Shown here piece after piece: positions 1-9,784 of a DNA stretch of 18,070 nucleotides; the stretch's first letter is position 1, and every line of letters starts with the position of its first letter. The position numbers were made by a program, and so were the translations under genes. This DNA is from Elainellaceae cyanobacterium (GTDB taxonomy: Bacteria; Cyanobacteriota; Cyanobacteriia; CAZCXK01): positions 1 through 18,070 of the forward strand of contig JBNPEG010000168.1 of NCBI GenBank assembly GCA_051117555.1, read 5' to 3'. The notes under the pieces are model-generated. The model made no database searches. It worked only from the letters and a program-made list of their open reading frames with translations, and was not told the DNA's origin.

Positions 1-40
1 GGTGCAGCAGAATAACGCCGTTCTCGATTCTAGCTCGCAT
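1..40 (-). CDS. 5' end of a probable conserved cyanobacterial hypothetical protein (runs off the window)
   Basis: Manual translation from ATG at 40 gives MRARIENGVILLH..., resembling the N-terminus of a small cyanobacterial hypothetical family as I recall it. Only 13 codons are visible. Confidence 0.35.
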   Translation of the reverse strand, partial: MRARIENGVILLH

Positions 41-117
41 AGCAGGATAATGTAGTTTCCATGTACTAGTCTTTTATCCTAAACGATATTTCGCTCATAA
101 ACCAACTCTGAATTTTC

Positions 118-212
118 CTATAGCAATCCTAAATGGTGTTTGAGCAGTGGGGCGGACTGTGTCCGCCCCACTGCTCAAACACCATTTACAAACGATTTAG
201 GATCGCTCTATA
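118..212. repeat. MITE/REP-like palindromic dispersed repeat
   Basis: Perfect 28-bp inverted repeat (130-157 / 161-188, loop TGT), with imperfect terminal inverted repeats TATAGCAATCCTAAAT (119-134) and ATTTAGGATCGCTCTATA (195-212). Confidence 0.8.
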
Positions 213-255
213 TCAATTAGTTAGACCGATACCTCAAACCTTCAGTATATTTAAG

Positions 256-993
256 CTACTTTAATTCTGGTTCCAGAGTTAGTTGAGAGTTGGGCAATAA
301 TAGCTCAGTTCGATCAGCAATTTTTTGGGCTAGATCCTTGAAATCCCAGTACACTAGCTTTACAGCAGTAATGTGAGCACCGATCGCTCCATCAGCAGGT
401 TTACGATGAAAAATGGGTTTACGGGACTCTTGGGCCATTGGCATTAAGCTTTGATAGTGCTTAAGTGACGCTAAACGATTTGGATCGGTTGATGGCGTCA
501 AGAGGGTTGCATTTGGCTCTCGAAGAACTTCAGTACTGTAAATGTGTGGAATTCGTTCAATCCATCTTTGAAATGCTTTTACAGGACGGTCAAATCGAAC
601 ACCGTGCTGGAGAATAATATAACCAACAGGTTGCATTTTCCCTTTTGGTAAGGCAAGGTCTGAGACTGGGTTTTTTGGGATACGTTCCTGCCATTCTTCT
701 CTCCAGTGTCTTATCGTTGGACCAAGGTTTTTGAGTCCCTGTAATGAGAAGAGATCGGGTGAGAGAAGAACTACAACGTAGTCCGAGGCGATAAGAGCCG
801 CTCGGTTAATGGCTCCTAAGTTAGGTCCTAAATCAACTAAAACAACATCAGCACTATTACTGGATGCTGCTTGACTTAATACTCGCCAGAAAGCCGAGAT
901 AACTCTGAATGCTCGTTCTTTGGGATCAAGACAATCAGACCACGCAGTCGGGATGCCGATGCCAAACCGTTGGACGTATCCTAAGTTCTTCAT
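256..993 (-). pseudogene. ParA/Soj-like ATPase lacking its N-terminal part, fused to a short C-terminal remnant of the upstream gene
   Basis: Has the ParA Walker B region (VVLVDLGPNLGAINRAALIASD, PDLFSLQGL) but no deviant Walker A (KGGVGKT). The first 17 aa (MKNLGYVQRFGIGIPTA) look like a HATPase_c_4 segment. Confidence 0.75.
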
Positions 994-1355
994 TGCTTCC
1001 GCCAGATATCGAATCTCACTGGGGGAGCATCTGATGGTTCCACAATAACAACGGCTAATTCACAGTTACCTAGAACACGTTTATTAACTTGTAGTACCGG
1101 AAACGGCAAAATCTTTCCTTCCGAGCGTATATTGGAAAGGCTGAGAAGAAGCTCGTCTGTAATACGCAAGTTGGCGCAAGTTCGATCATCGTTAACTCCT
1201 ACAAAAAGAACTCCAGGCTTTTTGTGATTTGGTAGATCGTTAGCGAAAGCACAAATTGCCTGTCTAAGTTTTTTCCCGTCTGAAATTGACGCTTTACGCT
1301 CAACTCTATCAGATTCAAGATCGCCTAGAAGTGCTGTCAACTCTTGATCATCCAT
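990..1355 (-). pseudogene. Schlafen/AlbA_2 DNA-binding-domain protein (AlbA_2 + HATPase_c_4 type), internally deleted
   Basis: ESDRVERK...ICAFAN...GVLFVGVND AlbA_2 motifs. After PPVRFD the DNA switches frame into LAEAMKNLGYVQRFGIGIP. Confidence 0.75.
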
Positions 1356-1442
1356 GCGTCAGGCCCTAAGATTCTCCTTACTAATCATAGTCATTAAGGG
1401 TAGAGTTGCGATAAATCAGTCTAATGACCGCGCTGTACCGGA

Positions 1443-1799
1443 ATGTTGCAACGCGTTGGCGAAGCGTCTGGTCCCTGTTTGATTCGCGTTGCAGGTAATG
1501 ATCCGTCATTGCAAGATATTGCCGTGCAAAATGCTCGGGCGATCACCACAGGACACAGCTTCATCCTGTTAATGAAAGATGCATTTCCCATCAATTTTCT
1601 CAATGCCATTCAGCAATGCCCTGAAGTGTGCAACATCTACTGCGCGACGGCGAATCCGGTTGAGGTGATTGTTGCGAAGACAGAGCAAGGCGCAGGAATT
1701 TTGGGAGTCATCGATGGATTTTCTCCCAAGGGCGTTGAAAACTCGGAGGATGTGCAGGCGCGTCAGTCGTTCTTGCGGCAAATTGGCTACAAACTTTAG
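1443..1799 (+). pseudogene. adenosine-specific kinase family protein, 5'-truncated
   Basis: EASGPCLIR, GHSFI, FPIN, IYCATANP, GILGVIDG and IGYKL motifs are present. The N-terminal GQxHFIKTVED segment expected in this ~160-aa family is absent. Confidence 0.7.
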
Positions 1800-1830
1800 A
1801 AAATATTGAAAAAGGGTCCGGCGATTCGCC

Positions 1831-3708
1831 TTAATAATGGGAACCTGACTTGCGCTGATGCACGGCTGTCTTTGCATCTGGCTTAAACACCTGACCACTT
1901 TCAACCACTGCGTAGACGACCCAATGGTCGCCGCACTCCATACGGCTATCCACCCGACATTCTAGACACGCAGAGGCGTCCACCAAAATCGGCGACCCAT
2001 TCTCGGCAGGTTGAGTTTCAAGGCCCGAAAATCGGTCTTCTCCGGGGGAGAAGGGCTTTAGGAAGTGCTTCATCATAGCGAGGTGGTTGTCGTCTGAAAG
2101 AATATTCAGCACGAACGGACTGCCAGGATAAAGCAATGATTCAATTGCCCGATCTTTCGCTACTGCGACTGTAAACCCTGGCGGGGTAAACGTGGCTTGA
2201 GACACCCACGATGCCAGCATGGCGCTTGAGACATCCTCTTTTTTGACGGTAACGACGCAGAGTGAGCCAACGATTCGTCCGACGGCTTGTTCGGTTGGGG
2301 AGAGGGTAGAAACACCGGGTTTGCCGCTAAGCTGGCGAGGTTGACGACGCTTTTTCGCCTTTTTCAAGGCTTGAGCAAAATCGGTGCCTGCTTCTTCACA
2401 GGCTTGAAGCGTTGCCTGAGTTGGTTTGAACTTCACGCGAATGGGGTCAAACACAAAACTGTAGCTGGCATCGCGTAGCTTATTTTCGAGTAAGTCAATG
2501 GCTTCTCCACTCCAGCCAAAGGAGCCAAAGACGCCAACGAGCTTGTCGGTTGATGCATTGGACAGAATGATGCCCAATGCAGTCTGGATTTGGGTGGGCG
2601 CATGTCCACCGAGGGTGGGAGACCCAATGATAAATCCAGAACATTTTTCAATGACGGTTTCGATGTCATTGGGGTCAGCCGCTTCGCAGTTGATCGACTC
2701 GACCCGGACGCCTGCTTTAGTAATGCCACGGGCGATCGCCTGAGCCAGCGTTGCGGTGTTTCCGTACGCCGAGGCGTAGAGCAATGCCACCATCAGATCT
2801 TGCCCTTTTTGCTGCGCGCTCCACTGCCGATAGTGGTGGGTGAGTTCGGTTAAGCCGTATCGTACAAGGGGTCCGTGCCCAGGCGCATAGAAATGTACAG
2901 GGGAAATAGTGGATAGCTTGTCGAGCGCAGTTTCCACCTGACGCGCATGGGGTGCCATGAGGCAGTCGAAATAGTAGCGGCGATCGTCGTTGAGCAGCGT
3001 CCATCCCTCATCAAACACCTGCTCCCCACAAACATGCGCCCCAAAAAATTTGTCGGTATAGAGAATCTCCGTCTTCGGATCGTAAGTGCAAAGCCCGTCT
3101 GGGTAGCGAGGAGTGGGCGTCAACACAAACTCTAAGCGATGCCCCTGCCCCAAATCGAGAATTTCCTCGCCCTTGATGACGCTGATATTGAGCGGTGTAT
3201 CCGGAAACAAGTCTTTCAGGGCGATCGCCGCTGGATTTGAGCACACGAAGGTCACTTGCGGAGCAAAGTCTAACAGCGCTTTGAGCGTGACCGCTCGATT
3301 GGGGTTGACATGCCCCACAATCACGTAATCGAGAGTTTTGAGGTCAAACGCCTCAGTCAAGAGCGGTTCGTGTTGCTGCGTCACCCAGCGGAGTTGTGCC
3401 CACAGATTGCTCCAGAGCGGCAGGTGCGGCGCTCCGTTGCCATCGGCATCTAAGTCAGACTGGAGCGCGGTTAGAAACAAATGTGTGAACGATTCTCCGG
3501 GCGGATCAATCAGCGCCGAGCGATCGCCCTGAATCAAAAACGAGTTCGCAGTTGTTCCTTTTTCACGCGCATACTCAATCTCAAAACGCAACCGACTCCA
3601 ACTGCGTGACCGATAAATCGTCGTGTCTTGGGCGATGGGTACTACTTGAACATCACGCGGCTTTTGGAGGACAGGACGCGAGGAAAGAGTAGAATTTTGG
3701 CTAGACAT
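1831..3708 (-). CDS. flv1: flavodiiron protein Flv1 (metallo-beta-lactamase + flavodoxin + flavin reductase domains; non-canonical iron ligands)
   Basis: GTTANSFLI, HVNPNR in place of HTEPDH, YASAYGNT flavodoxin loop, C-terminal flavin reductase (ASWVSQA, GDHW). Lies directly downstream of flv3. Confidence 0.9.
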   Translation of the reverse strand: MSSQNSTLSSRPVLQKPRDVQVVPIAQDTTIYRSRSWSRLRFEIEYAREKGTTANSFLIQGDRSALIDPPGESFTHLFLTALQSDLDADGNGAPHLPLWSNLWAQLRWVTQQHEPLLTEAFDLKTLDYVIVGHVNPNRAVTLKALLDFAPQVTFVCSNPAAIALKDLFPDTPLNISVIKGEEILDLGQGHRLEFVLTPTPRYPDGLCTYDPKTEILYTDKFFGAHVCGEQVFDEGWTLLNDDRRYYFDCLMAPHARQVETALDKLSTISPVHFYAPGHGPLVRYGLTELTHHYRQWSAQQKGQDLMVALLYASAYGNTATLAQAIARGITKAGVRVESINCEAADPNDIETVIEKCSGFIIGSPTLGGHAPTQIQTALGIILSNASTDKLVGVFGSFGWSGEAIDLLENKLRDASYSFVFDPIRVKFKPTQATLQACEEAGTDFAQALKKAKKRRQPRQLSGKPGVSTLSPTEQAVGRIVGSLCVVTVKKEDVSSAMLASWVSQATFTPPGFTVAVAKDRAIESLLYPGSPFVLNILSDDNHLAMMKHFLKPFSPGEDRFSGLETQPAENGSPILVDASACLECRVDSRMECGDHWVVYAVVESGQVFKPDAKTAVHQRKSGSHY

Positions 3709-3734
3709 AGTTACTTCTTATCCTCTAGTTACGT

Positions 3735-5462
3735 TTAGTAGTAGTTTCCAACCTTCCGATGATGCACCGCCGTAGTTGCTTCGGGTTTTGACACCTTGCC
3801 AGTCTGAACGGTGCTGTAAACGATCCAGTGGTCACTGCATTCCATCCGGCTGGCAACCTCACACTCAAGGTAGGCAAGTGCTCCAACGAGCACCGGAGAA
3901 CCATTATCTGCCGTGCGTGTCTTGATGCCTGCAAAGCGATCGCCCCCCGGTGGAAAGCGCTTTAAGAAATGCTTCATCAGGTGCTGATAATTGCCTTCTT
4001 CGAGCACGTTCAAAACGAAGCGATCGCCCACCTGCATCAGGGATTCGATGGCTCGATCTTTGGCAACTGCCACCGTAAAGCCGAGGGGTTCAAAGCTGGC
4101 TTGGGATACCCAAGACGCCACCATCGCCCCATTCAAGTCTCCCTTTTGAGCCGTGATGATATACAGCCCGCTGCTGATGCGCCCTAGTGCTTTTTCAAGA
4201 TCGGCATCAATGGCTTTGATTTTCTTCGTGCGATCGCGCTGGGTGAGCCACTGTCCCAAGTCAGTCCCCGATTCTTCACAGATTTGATAGGTCGTCTCAG
4301 ACGGGGTTTCTTTCACCCGAATCGCCGACACAACTTCTTTTAAGCCCAAATCTCGGAAACGGCTGACGAGCGGGTCGATGGGGTCATCATCTCCGCCGTA
4401 GGATTCAAACATGCAAATCACCTGTTTGCCATGAGCGGCAGCTAAGATGGTGCTCACAGCCGCTTGAGCATTTTTGGCGAATGAGCCGGAGGCAGGAGGC
4501 GTTGCAATCACGAGTGCAGATGCATGGCTCACCAGTTCATGAACTTCTTGCGGGTCAGCCGTTTTCAAATCCATCATTTCGACAGCCACGCCCGTTTTAG
4601 TGATGCCGTGGGCGATCGCTTGGGAGAGGCGATCGCTATAGCCATAATCGGAGACATAAAATACGGCTGCCGTGGTATCTGCCTTGGCTTTGGCTTGGCT
4701 CCACTGCCGATAGCGTCCGGTAAGCTCGATGAGGTTGTGGCGCAGGAGCGGGCCATGACCTGTTGCAACTGTTTCGATGGCACCCAGCTTATCCATTCGC
4801 TTCATGGCGCTGAGAACTGAGCGCGCATTCGGAGCCATCAAACACTCATAGTAGAAGCGAAAATCAGCTTCGATTGCCGCCAAGTCTTCGTCAAAAGTCG
4901 GGTCATTGCAGTAGTGCATGCCAAACGCATCGCACGTAAACAGCACATGGGTTTTGGCATCGTAGGTAAAAATCGTGTCGGGCCAGTGGAGATTGGGCGC
5001 ATTTACAAATTCGAGCTGATGCCCGTTGCCCAAATCAAGCGTGTCCCCATTCTTGACGACCTTGCGCTCGAACGGCGTATGCACTAAATCTTCTAAAAAG
5101 GCGATCGCCACCTTTGCTCCCACTACGATCGCTTGGGGAGCAAGCTCCAATACATCTTTTACCAAACCGCTATGGTCAGGCTCAGTGTGGCTAATAATCA
5201 GGTAATCGATGGTTTTAGGGTCGATTAGCCCTGTAAGGGTGTCGAGATAGAGCTGTCGAAATTTTTCGTGGGAGGTGTCAACAACAACGACCTTCTCCCC
5301 CCGGATAATATACGAGTTGTAGGTCGTGCCGTTTTGTAACCCAAATTCGATGTCAAAGCGATCGCGATCCCAATCCAGCGATCGAATCACAGTCGTATCG
5401 GGCGCAATCTCTGCGGTTTGCATCGTGAACCGCTTTTCAACAGGACTGGCGATCGCGACCAT
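3735..5462 (-). CDS. flv3: flavodiiron protein Flv3 (canonical diiron ligands)
   Basis: RSLDWDRDRFDIEFGLQNGTTYNS, SHTEPDHSG, NLHWPD, TCDAFG, GHGP, plus a flavin reductase C-terminus. GAGGAGG RBS just upstream. Confidence 0.92.
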   Translation of the reverse strand: MVAIASPVEKRFTMQTAEIAPDTTVIRSLDWDRDRFDIEFGLQNGTTYNSYIIRGEKVVVVDTSHEKFRQLYLDTLTGLIDPKTIDYLIISHTEPDHSGLVKDVLELAPQAIVVGAKVAIAFLEDLVHTPFERKVVKNGDTLDLGNGHQLEFVNAPNLHWPDTIFTYDAKTHVLFTCDAFGMHYCNDPTFDEDLAAIEADFRFYYECLMAPNARSVLSAMKRMDKLGAIETVATGHGPLLRHNLIELTGRYRQWSQAKAKADTTAAVFYVSDYGYSDRLSQAIAHGITKTGVAVEMMDLKTADPQEVHELVSHASALVIATPPASGSFAKNAQAAVSTILAAAHGKQVICMFESYGGDDDPIDPLVSRFRDLGLKEVVSAIRVKETPSETTYQICEESGTDLGQWLTQRDRTKKIKAIDADLEKALGRISSGLYIITAQKGDLNGAMVASWVSQASFEPLGFTVAVAKDRAIESLMQVGDRFVLNVLEEGNYQHLMKHFLKRFPPGGDRFAGIKTRTADNGSPVLVGALAYLECEVASRMECSDHWIVYSTVQTGKVSKPEATTAVHHRKVGNYY

Positions 5463-5636
5463 AACAACCTCCTCTAAAGAGATGAAGAATACTTCACTTT
5501 TCTTTATCTTCCTCCAAACTGGGTCAGAATGGAAACCACGATGCGCTTGAAATGGGCAATTAAACTGCGCGACAATTCTCTAGAATCAAATGTTCAAGGG
5601 GCTGTAAGACCCATTAGAAATACAAATTCAAAGAAT

Positions 5637-8567
5637 TCACAGGGCTGACGCATTCACAGAATGGAGCTGGGACAAGGTCTGTCGTGTGGGTAGTTCAACC
5701 ACAAATTCGGTGCCGCGTCCAATGGTCGAATGGCAGGTCAGCATTCCGTGATGCCTCTCGACAATGATTTGATAGCTGATCGCCAGTCCTAAGCCAGTCC
5801 CTTTGCCGACGGGTTTAGTCGTGAAGAAGGGATCAAACAACCGCGATCGCGATGATTCAGGGATTCCTAGACCGTTGTCCGTAATTCGAATGATGAGGCG
5901 ATCGGTCAGAGTAACTTGAGTTTGAATCCAAATAGTCGGCGGGTCGTTGGTGACACCCTGATCAGCACTATTCGGGCGATCGCTCACCGGCTCTTGCATG
6001 ACCCGGTCTTCAACCGCATCGATTGCATTGCTGAGCAAATTCATAAAAACCTGATTGAGTTGCCCCGGATAGCATTCAATCATGGGAATTTCCCCATAGT
6101 CTCGAATGACCTGAATATCAGGGCATTTAGGCTTCGCTTTGAGTCGGTTTCGCAGAATCATCAGCGTGCTGTCTAGCCCCGCATGAATATCGGTTTCTTT
6201 TACATCTGCCTCATCATGACGAGAAAAGGAGCGGAGCGAACGAATAATGTCAAGAATGCGATCGGCTCCAACCTGCATTGAACGCAACAGCTTTGGCAAA
6301 TCCGCCTGCATAAACTCTAGGTCAATTTCTTGGGCTTTGTCCTCAATCACAGTGGGAGTATCTGGATAACTTGCCTGGTAGAGTTCGATGAGAATCAATA
6401 AATCTTCGATGTAGCGATGGGCATGATGCAGATTGCCGTTGATAAAATTGACTGGGTTATTGATTTCATGAGCAACCCCTGCGACCAGTTGCCCCAGGCT
6501 CGACATTTTTTCTGCTTGAATCAGTTGCCCCTGAGTATGCGTTAATTCGCCCAGTAAATGCTCAAGCTCGCTGGCTTTATCTCGGAGCTGCTGCTCTGAT
6601 TTTTGGAGGTCTTCCTCGGCGATTTTGCGCTCTGTGATATCTCTCAGCACGGCCACATATTTGCCTGCCTCCGGTGACACCAGCGAAATCGATGAGGCTA
6701 ACCGAGATGAGATCGTCACTTCTACTACTCTAGGCGAGGCCGTGGGCTGATGAACCGCTCGTTCGCTGCGCTGGGACCATTCTTCTGGAATGTCAGACAG
6801 CCCTACCAAAAATCTCGATAACGGATGCCCAATGACATCACTCATGGGCAAACCAAACAGCGACTCCGTAGCAGCATTTGCCCGACGAATGGCACCGTAT
6901 TCGTCTAAGACGAGAATGCTGTCTACCGCCAAGTTAAAGAAACCCTCGGCACGCTCGCGGGCTTCTGCCATGGCGCTCACTTGAGGAAGGGTTGTCCAGC
7001 AGGCGATCGCCACGCCGACGAACGCGACGCTAAGAATCACAACAACCAGCAGATTGCCGCTGATCACATCGGGCGCACCGTCAATCATAGATCGAATGCC
7101 CCAACTGATGGCGATCGCTCCACAAATCAGAGTAATCAGCCCGCTCACCTGAATCGCGACAAAATCACGCCCCTCTTTGACCGACATCTTGGCATGCGAT
7201 CGCCACGACTCTGCCTGAAACGGGGCCAGCGGAATTTGAGGAATGAGATAGCAGCCAATGCCAATCAAAACAGGGAGCGCTAGACCAATGAGTAAATCGT
7301 GCCACCCCCAGGCAATGCCGCCCACAACTAGGGCGATCGCTTCTAAGATGGCAAATCCTAATGACCACCAGGGATATAACACGTCCGATTCCTCGCGCTG
7401 CTGCCACAATCCCCAATGAAAGACCACAAATGACAGCAGCCACCCCACGCCCGTCACCATGACGATTCGATGGACATCGCCCCACCCTAAGCACAGCAAG
7501 CTGAGGAATAGGGTTAGCACGAGACTCGGACCCAACACGCCAGACCGAGACGTCACCGAGAAGATGGAAGGTAAATATCCATCCAAAGAAAGCTGATACA
7601 GAATTCGAGGGCAGTTAGAAACGGCAGTCGCACATGACAATAATGCCCCCGATGCAATCAAAAATGTCACCAAGAATGGAGCAAACTGCCCCCAAAACGG
7701 TGTGGCAATCAGGAGCTGCTCAAATGGGTTAGTTGTAAATTTATTCGGTGTCAATGACGATAACGGAGCAAGTCTCATCAACACCCACGATCCAACTAGA
7801 TATACGACTGGAATTAATCCCGCTGCGATCGGGAGAATGCGGAGTGTTTTTTTAGGTTGACGACTATCTGCAACAAATGCAGATGACGTTTCGCAGGCAT
7901 AGACAGCATACGCCGCAATAATGTACCACTTCGCCCATTTCATCCCGTCGAAGGTCGACCAATCTGACGGCATCACGCCAGGGCTAGCCGGTGAAATCAA
8001 CAGCCAGCCGCCTCCCTGAACGCAAAACCAAAGCAATAGCGCAACCGCAGGCACCACAAAAACCAAGTGAAGAATGCCGAGGGCACGAGTTCCACTAAAG
8101 GCAACAAAGAAAGCAATAACTGTAAATCCAATTTCTAAGATCACCCGGGGGCAATATAAACCGAGCGGGGCTAAATTTGACTCAATTAGAGCGGTCAAGA
8201 TGATGGCATTGACGGGTAAGACAGCTACCCAGCTAATAAAATATCCCAGTGCAACATAGGTACTGAGAAACGGCGCATCAGGCAAGAGGCGCGTAATATA
8301 GTTGGGTGTTCCACCTGATAGGTCGGGCCATAGACTTCCTAGATGCTTAACTTGGAGGTTGATGATCACTCCAATAACGACTCCTGGAAGCCATACCCAA
8401 ATGGCCTGTGCCCCTAATTCTGCCTGCATGCCGGGTGCGGCACCCAGCCAAAGCAATAGCCCCGTTAGACCAAAGCCCCAGGTTTCTAATGAGCTAAGAC
8501 TTCTGGGAAGATGACTAGTGGGTATCGAGCTAACGCGGGGGAATTCGCGCAAAGATGGGATATTCAC
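5637..8567 (-). CDS. APC-family (amino acid permease) transporter - PAS - histidine kinase fusion
   Basis: About 520 aa of polytopic membrane region with APC-like motifs ([24 protein letters not shown]), then PAS/PAC (DSILVLD...VLRDITERK), H-box AHEINNP, N-box [34 protein letters not shown] start is uncertain. Confidence 0.88.
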   Translation of the reverse strand: MNIPSLREFPRVSSIPTSHLPRSLSSLETWGFGLTGLLLWLGAAPGMQAELGAQAIWVWLPGVVIGVIINLQVKHLGSLWPDLSGGTPNYITRLLPDAPFLSTYVALGYFISWVAVLPVNAIILTALIESNLAPLGLYCPRVILEIGFTVIAFFVAFSGTRALGILHLVFVVPAVALLLWFCVQGGGWLLISPASPGVMPSDWSTFDGMKWAKWYIIAAYAVYACETSSAFVADSRQPKKTLRILPIAAGLIPVVYLVGSWVLMRLAPLSSLTPNKFTTNPFEQLLIATPFWGQFAPFLVTFLIASGALLSCATAVSNCPRILYQLSLDGYLPSIFSVTSRSGVLGPSLVLTLFLSLLCLGWGDVHRIVMVTGVGWLLSFVVFHWGLWQQREESDVLYPWWSLGFAILEAIALVVGGIAWGWHDLLIGLALPVLIGIGCYLIPQIPLAPFQAESWRSHAKMSVKEGRDFVAIQVSGLITLICGAIAISWGIRSMIDGAPDVISGNLLVVVILSVAFVGVAIACWTTLPQVSAMAEARERAEGFFNLAVDSILVLDEYGAIRRANAATESLFGLPMSDVIGHPLSRFLVGLSDIPEEWSQRSERAVHQPTASPRVVEVTISSRLASSISLVSPEAGKYVAVLRDITERKIAEEDLQKSEQQLRDKASELEHLLGELTHTQGQLIQAEKMSSLGQLVAGVAHEINNPVNFINGNLHHAHRYIEDLLILIELYQASYPDTPTVIEDKAQEIDLEFMQADLPKLLRSMQVGADRILDIIRSLRSFSRHDEADVKETDIHAGLDSTLMILRNRLKAKPKCPDIQVIRDYGEIPMIECYPGQLNQVFMNLLSNAIDAVEDRVMQEPVSDRPNSADQGVTNDPPTIWIQTQVTLTDRLIIRITDNGLGIPESSRSRLFDPFFTTKPVGKGTGLGLAISYQIIVERHHGMLTCHSTIGRGTEFVVELPTRQTLSQLHSVNASAL

Positions 8568-9038
8568 TCGCTGTAGTAAAGGAATATGATTCCAGAATTA
8601 ACAGGGTTCCAGAGATATGGTTTGAGATAGATGCATTAACACAGATGCTTCACATTGAACAGGCTTCACGCTGACGCAGCGATGTAGATTATTCCCAATG
8701 CAAAGCTAGACCAAGCTAAATTAACTCACAAACAGCATTCGCGTCTCACTGACTCGTTTTGCAGGGTAGATTCACCGGGTATTCAACACGCCAACGCTTT
8801 ATCGTTTGGTAGATGAGACTGATCAATGATGGTATTGCCCTGATCGAGGTGCACGCCCCTGATTCAGTGATTCACTGACTAACTTATCATCCTGTCACAA
8901 GACTGATAGGCTCAGTGGTGCGATTGACTACGAAATGTGGGGCGATCGCCCAGAGATTTGGGATATGCTGGTTTCCTAAGAGTCAATCAGCGTTGAATAC
9001 TTTACGCTAGAGCTACAGAGGTTAGAAGAACTTGTGCT

Positions 9039-9320
9039 ATGCCAACGAATCTAAACCATCCAGCGACGCTGCAATCGGCTCTTCGAATTCGTGCCATCGT
9101 CTCATCGGATAATAGACTCGAACTTGAACTGCCCCCGGGCTCAGAAGGGCAAGAAGTGGAGGTGCTGGTCATTTTGCCGGACGCCTCTACCCAGCAGACG
9201 CCTAAGAAAGAACAAACTATTTTAGAAATCATCGAAAATGCGCGAAAGCGACATGCAACTCGGACAGCAGAAGAAATTGATCAACAAATTCGAGTTGAAC
9301 GAGAGTCATGGGACGACTAG
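9039..9320 (+). CDS. putative antitoxin of the downstream PIN toxin
   Basis: 93-aa ORF overlapping the PIN gene start. Its C-terminus (RTAEEIDQQIRVERESWDD) is typical of VapB-like partners. Confidence 0.7.
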   Translation: MPTNLNHPATLQSALRIRAIVSSDNRLELELPPGSEGQEVEVLVILPDASTQQTPKKEQTILEIIENARKRHATRTAEEIDQQIRVERESWDD

Positions 9321-9754
9321 AAATTCTTTCATCAGCTCTAGTTTATGTGGACACTTCAGTTGTTATCTACACGATCGAAGAGAATCCGAGCTATTATTCC
9401 TTGCTTCGCCCTTTATGGGAAATGTTCCAGGCTAATGAGATCACTATCATGAGTAGTGAGCTGACTCTCATGGAAACTCTGGTGGTTCCGTTAAGGAACT
9501 CTGACGACACTCTGGTTGAAACTTACGAACAGTTGTTGCTTGGATCCTTAATGCATCTGATGTCAGTTAATCAGCCTGTTCTTCGAGAGGCAGCCCGCTT
9601 GCGTGCATCTACTTCTTTAAAGACACCGGATGCTATTCACGCAGCAACAGCATTGATGCAAAGCTGTACGCTATTTTTAACCAATGATGACGCATTTCGC
9701 CGAATCAGAGACTTGCCTGTCACTGTGTTGAGTGAAGTACGTGCAGCGGAATGA
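9308..9754 (+). CDS. vapC: VapC/PIN-domain toxin (intact)
   Basis: All PIN acidic motifs are present: VYVDTS, TLMETL, TPDAIHAATA, FLTNDDAF. Confidence 0.85.
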   Translation: MGRLEILSSALVYVDTSVVIYTIEENPSYYSLLRPLWEMFQANEITIMSSELTLMETLVVPLRNSDDTLVETYEQLLLGSLMHLMSVNQPVLREAARLRASTSLKTPDAIHAATALMQSCTLFLTNDDAFRRIRDLPVTVLSEVRAAE

Positions 9755-9784
9755 TCCCAATCGCTCCTAAATTAGCTTCTGTGT

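Noticed and set aside
1831..5462. flv4-flv2 operon assignment
   Set aside because: There is no intervening sll0218-like gene, and the sequences match Flv3 and Flv1 as I recall them. A phylogeny would settle it.
1421..8514. Many 60-110 aa ORFs overlapping flv1, flv3, the kinase and the adenosine kinase
   Set aside because: They are antisense or alternate-frame shadows of well-supported genes with no recognisable motifs.
8700..8885. c-di-AMP (ydaO) or other riboswitch upstream of the APC-kinase
   Set aside because: CTGAATC and GGTGAATC occur on the minus strand, but the conserved 3' AACCCGTCAGCTAAC-like segment and the pairing pattern are missing.
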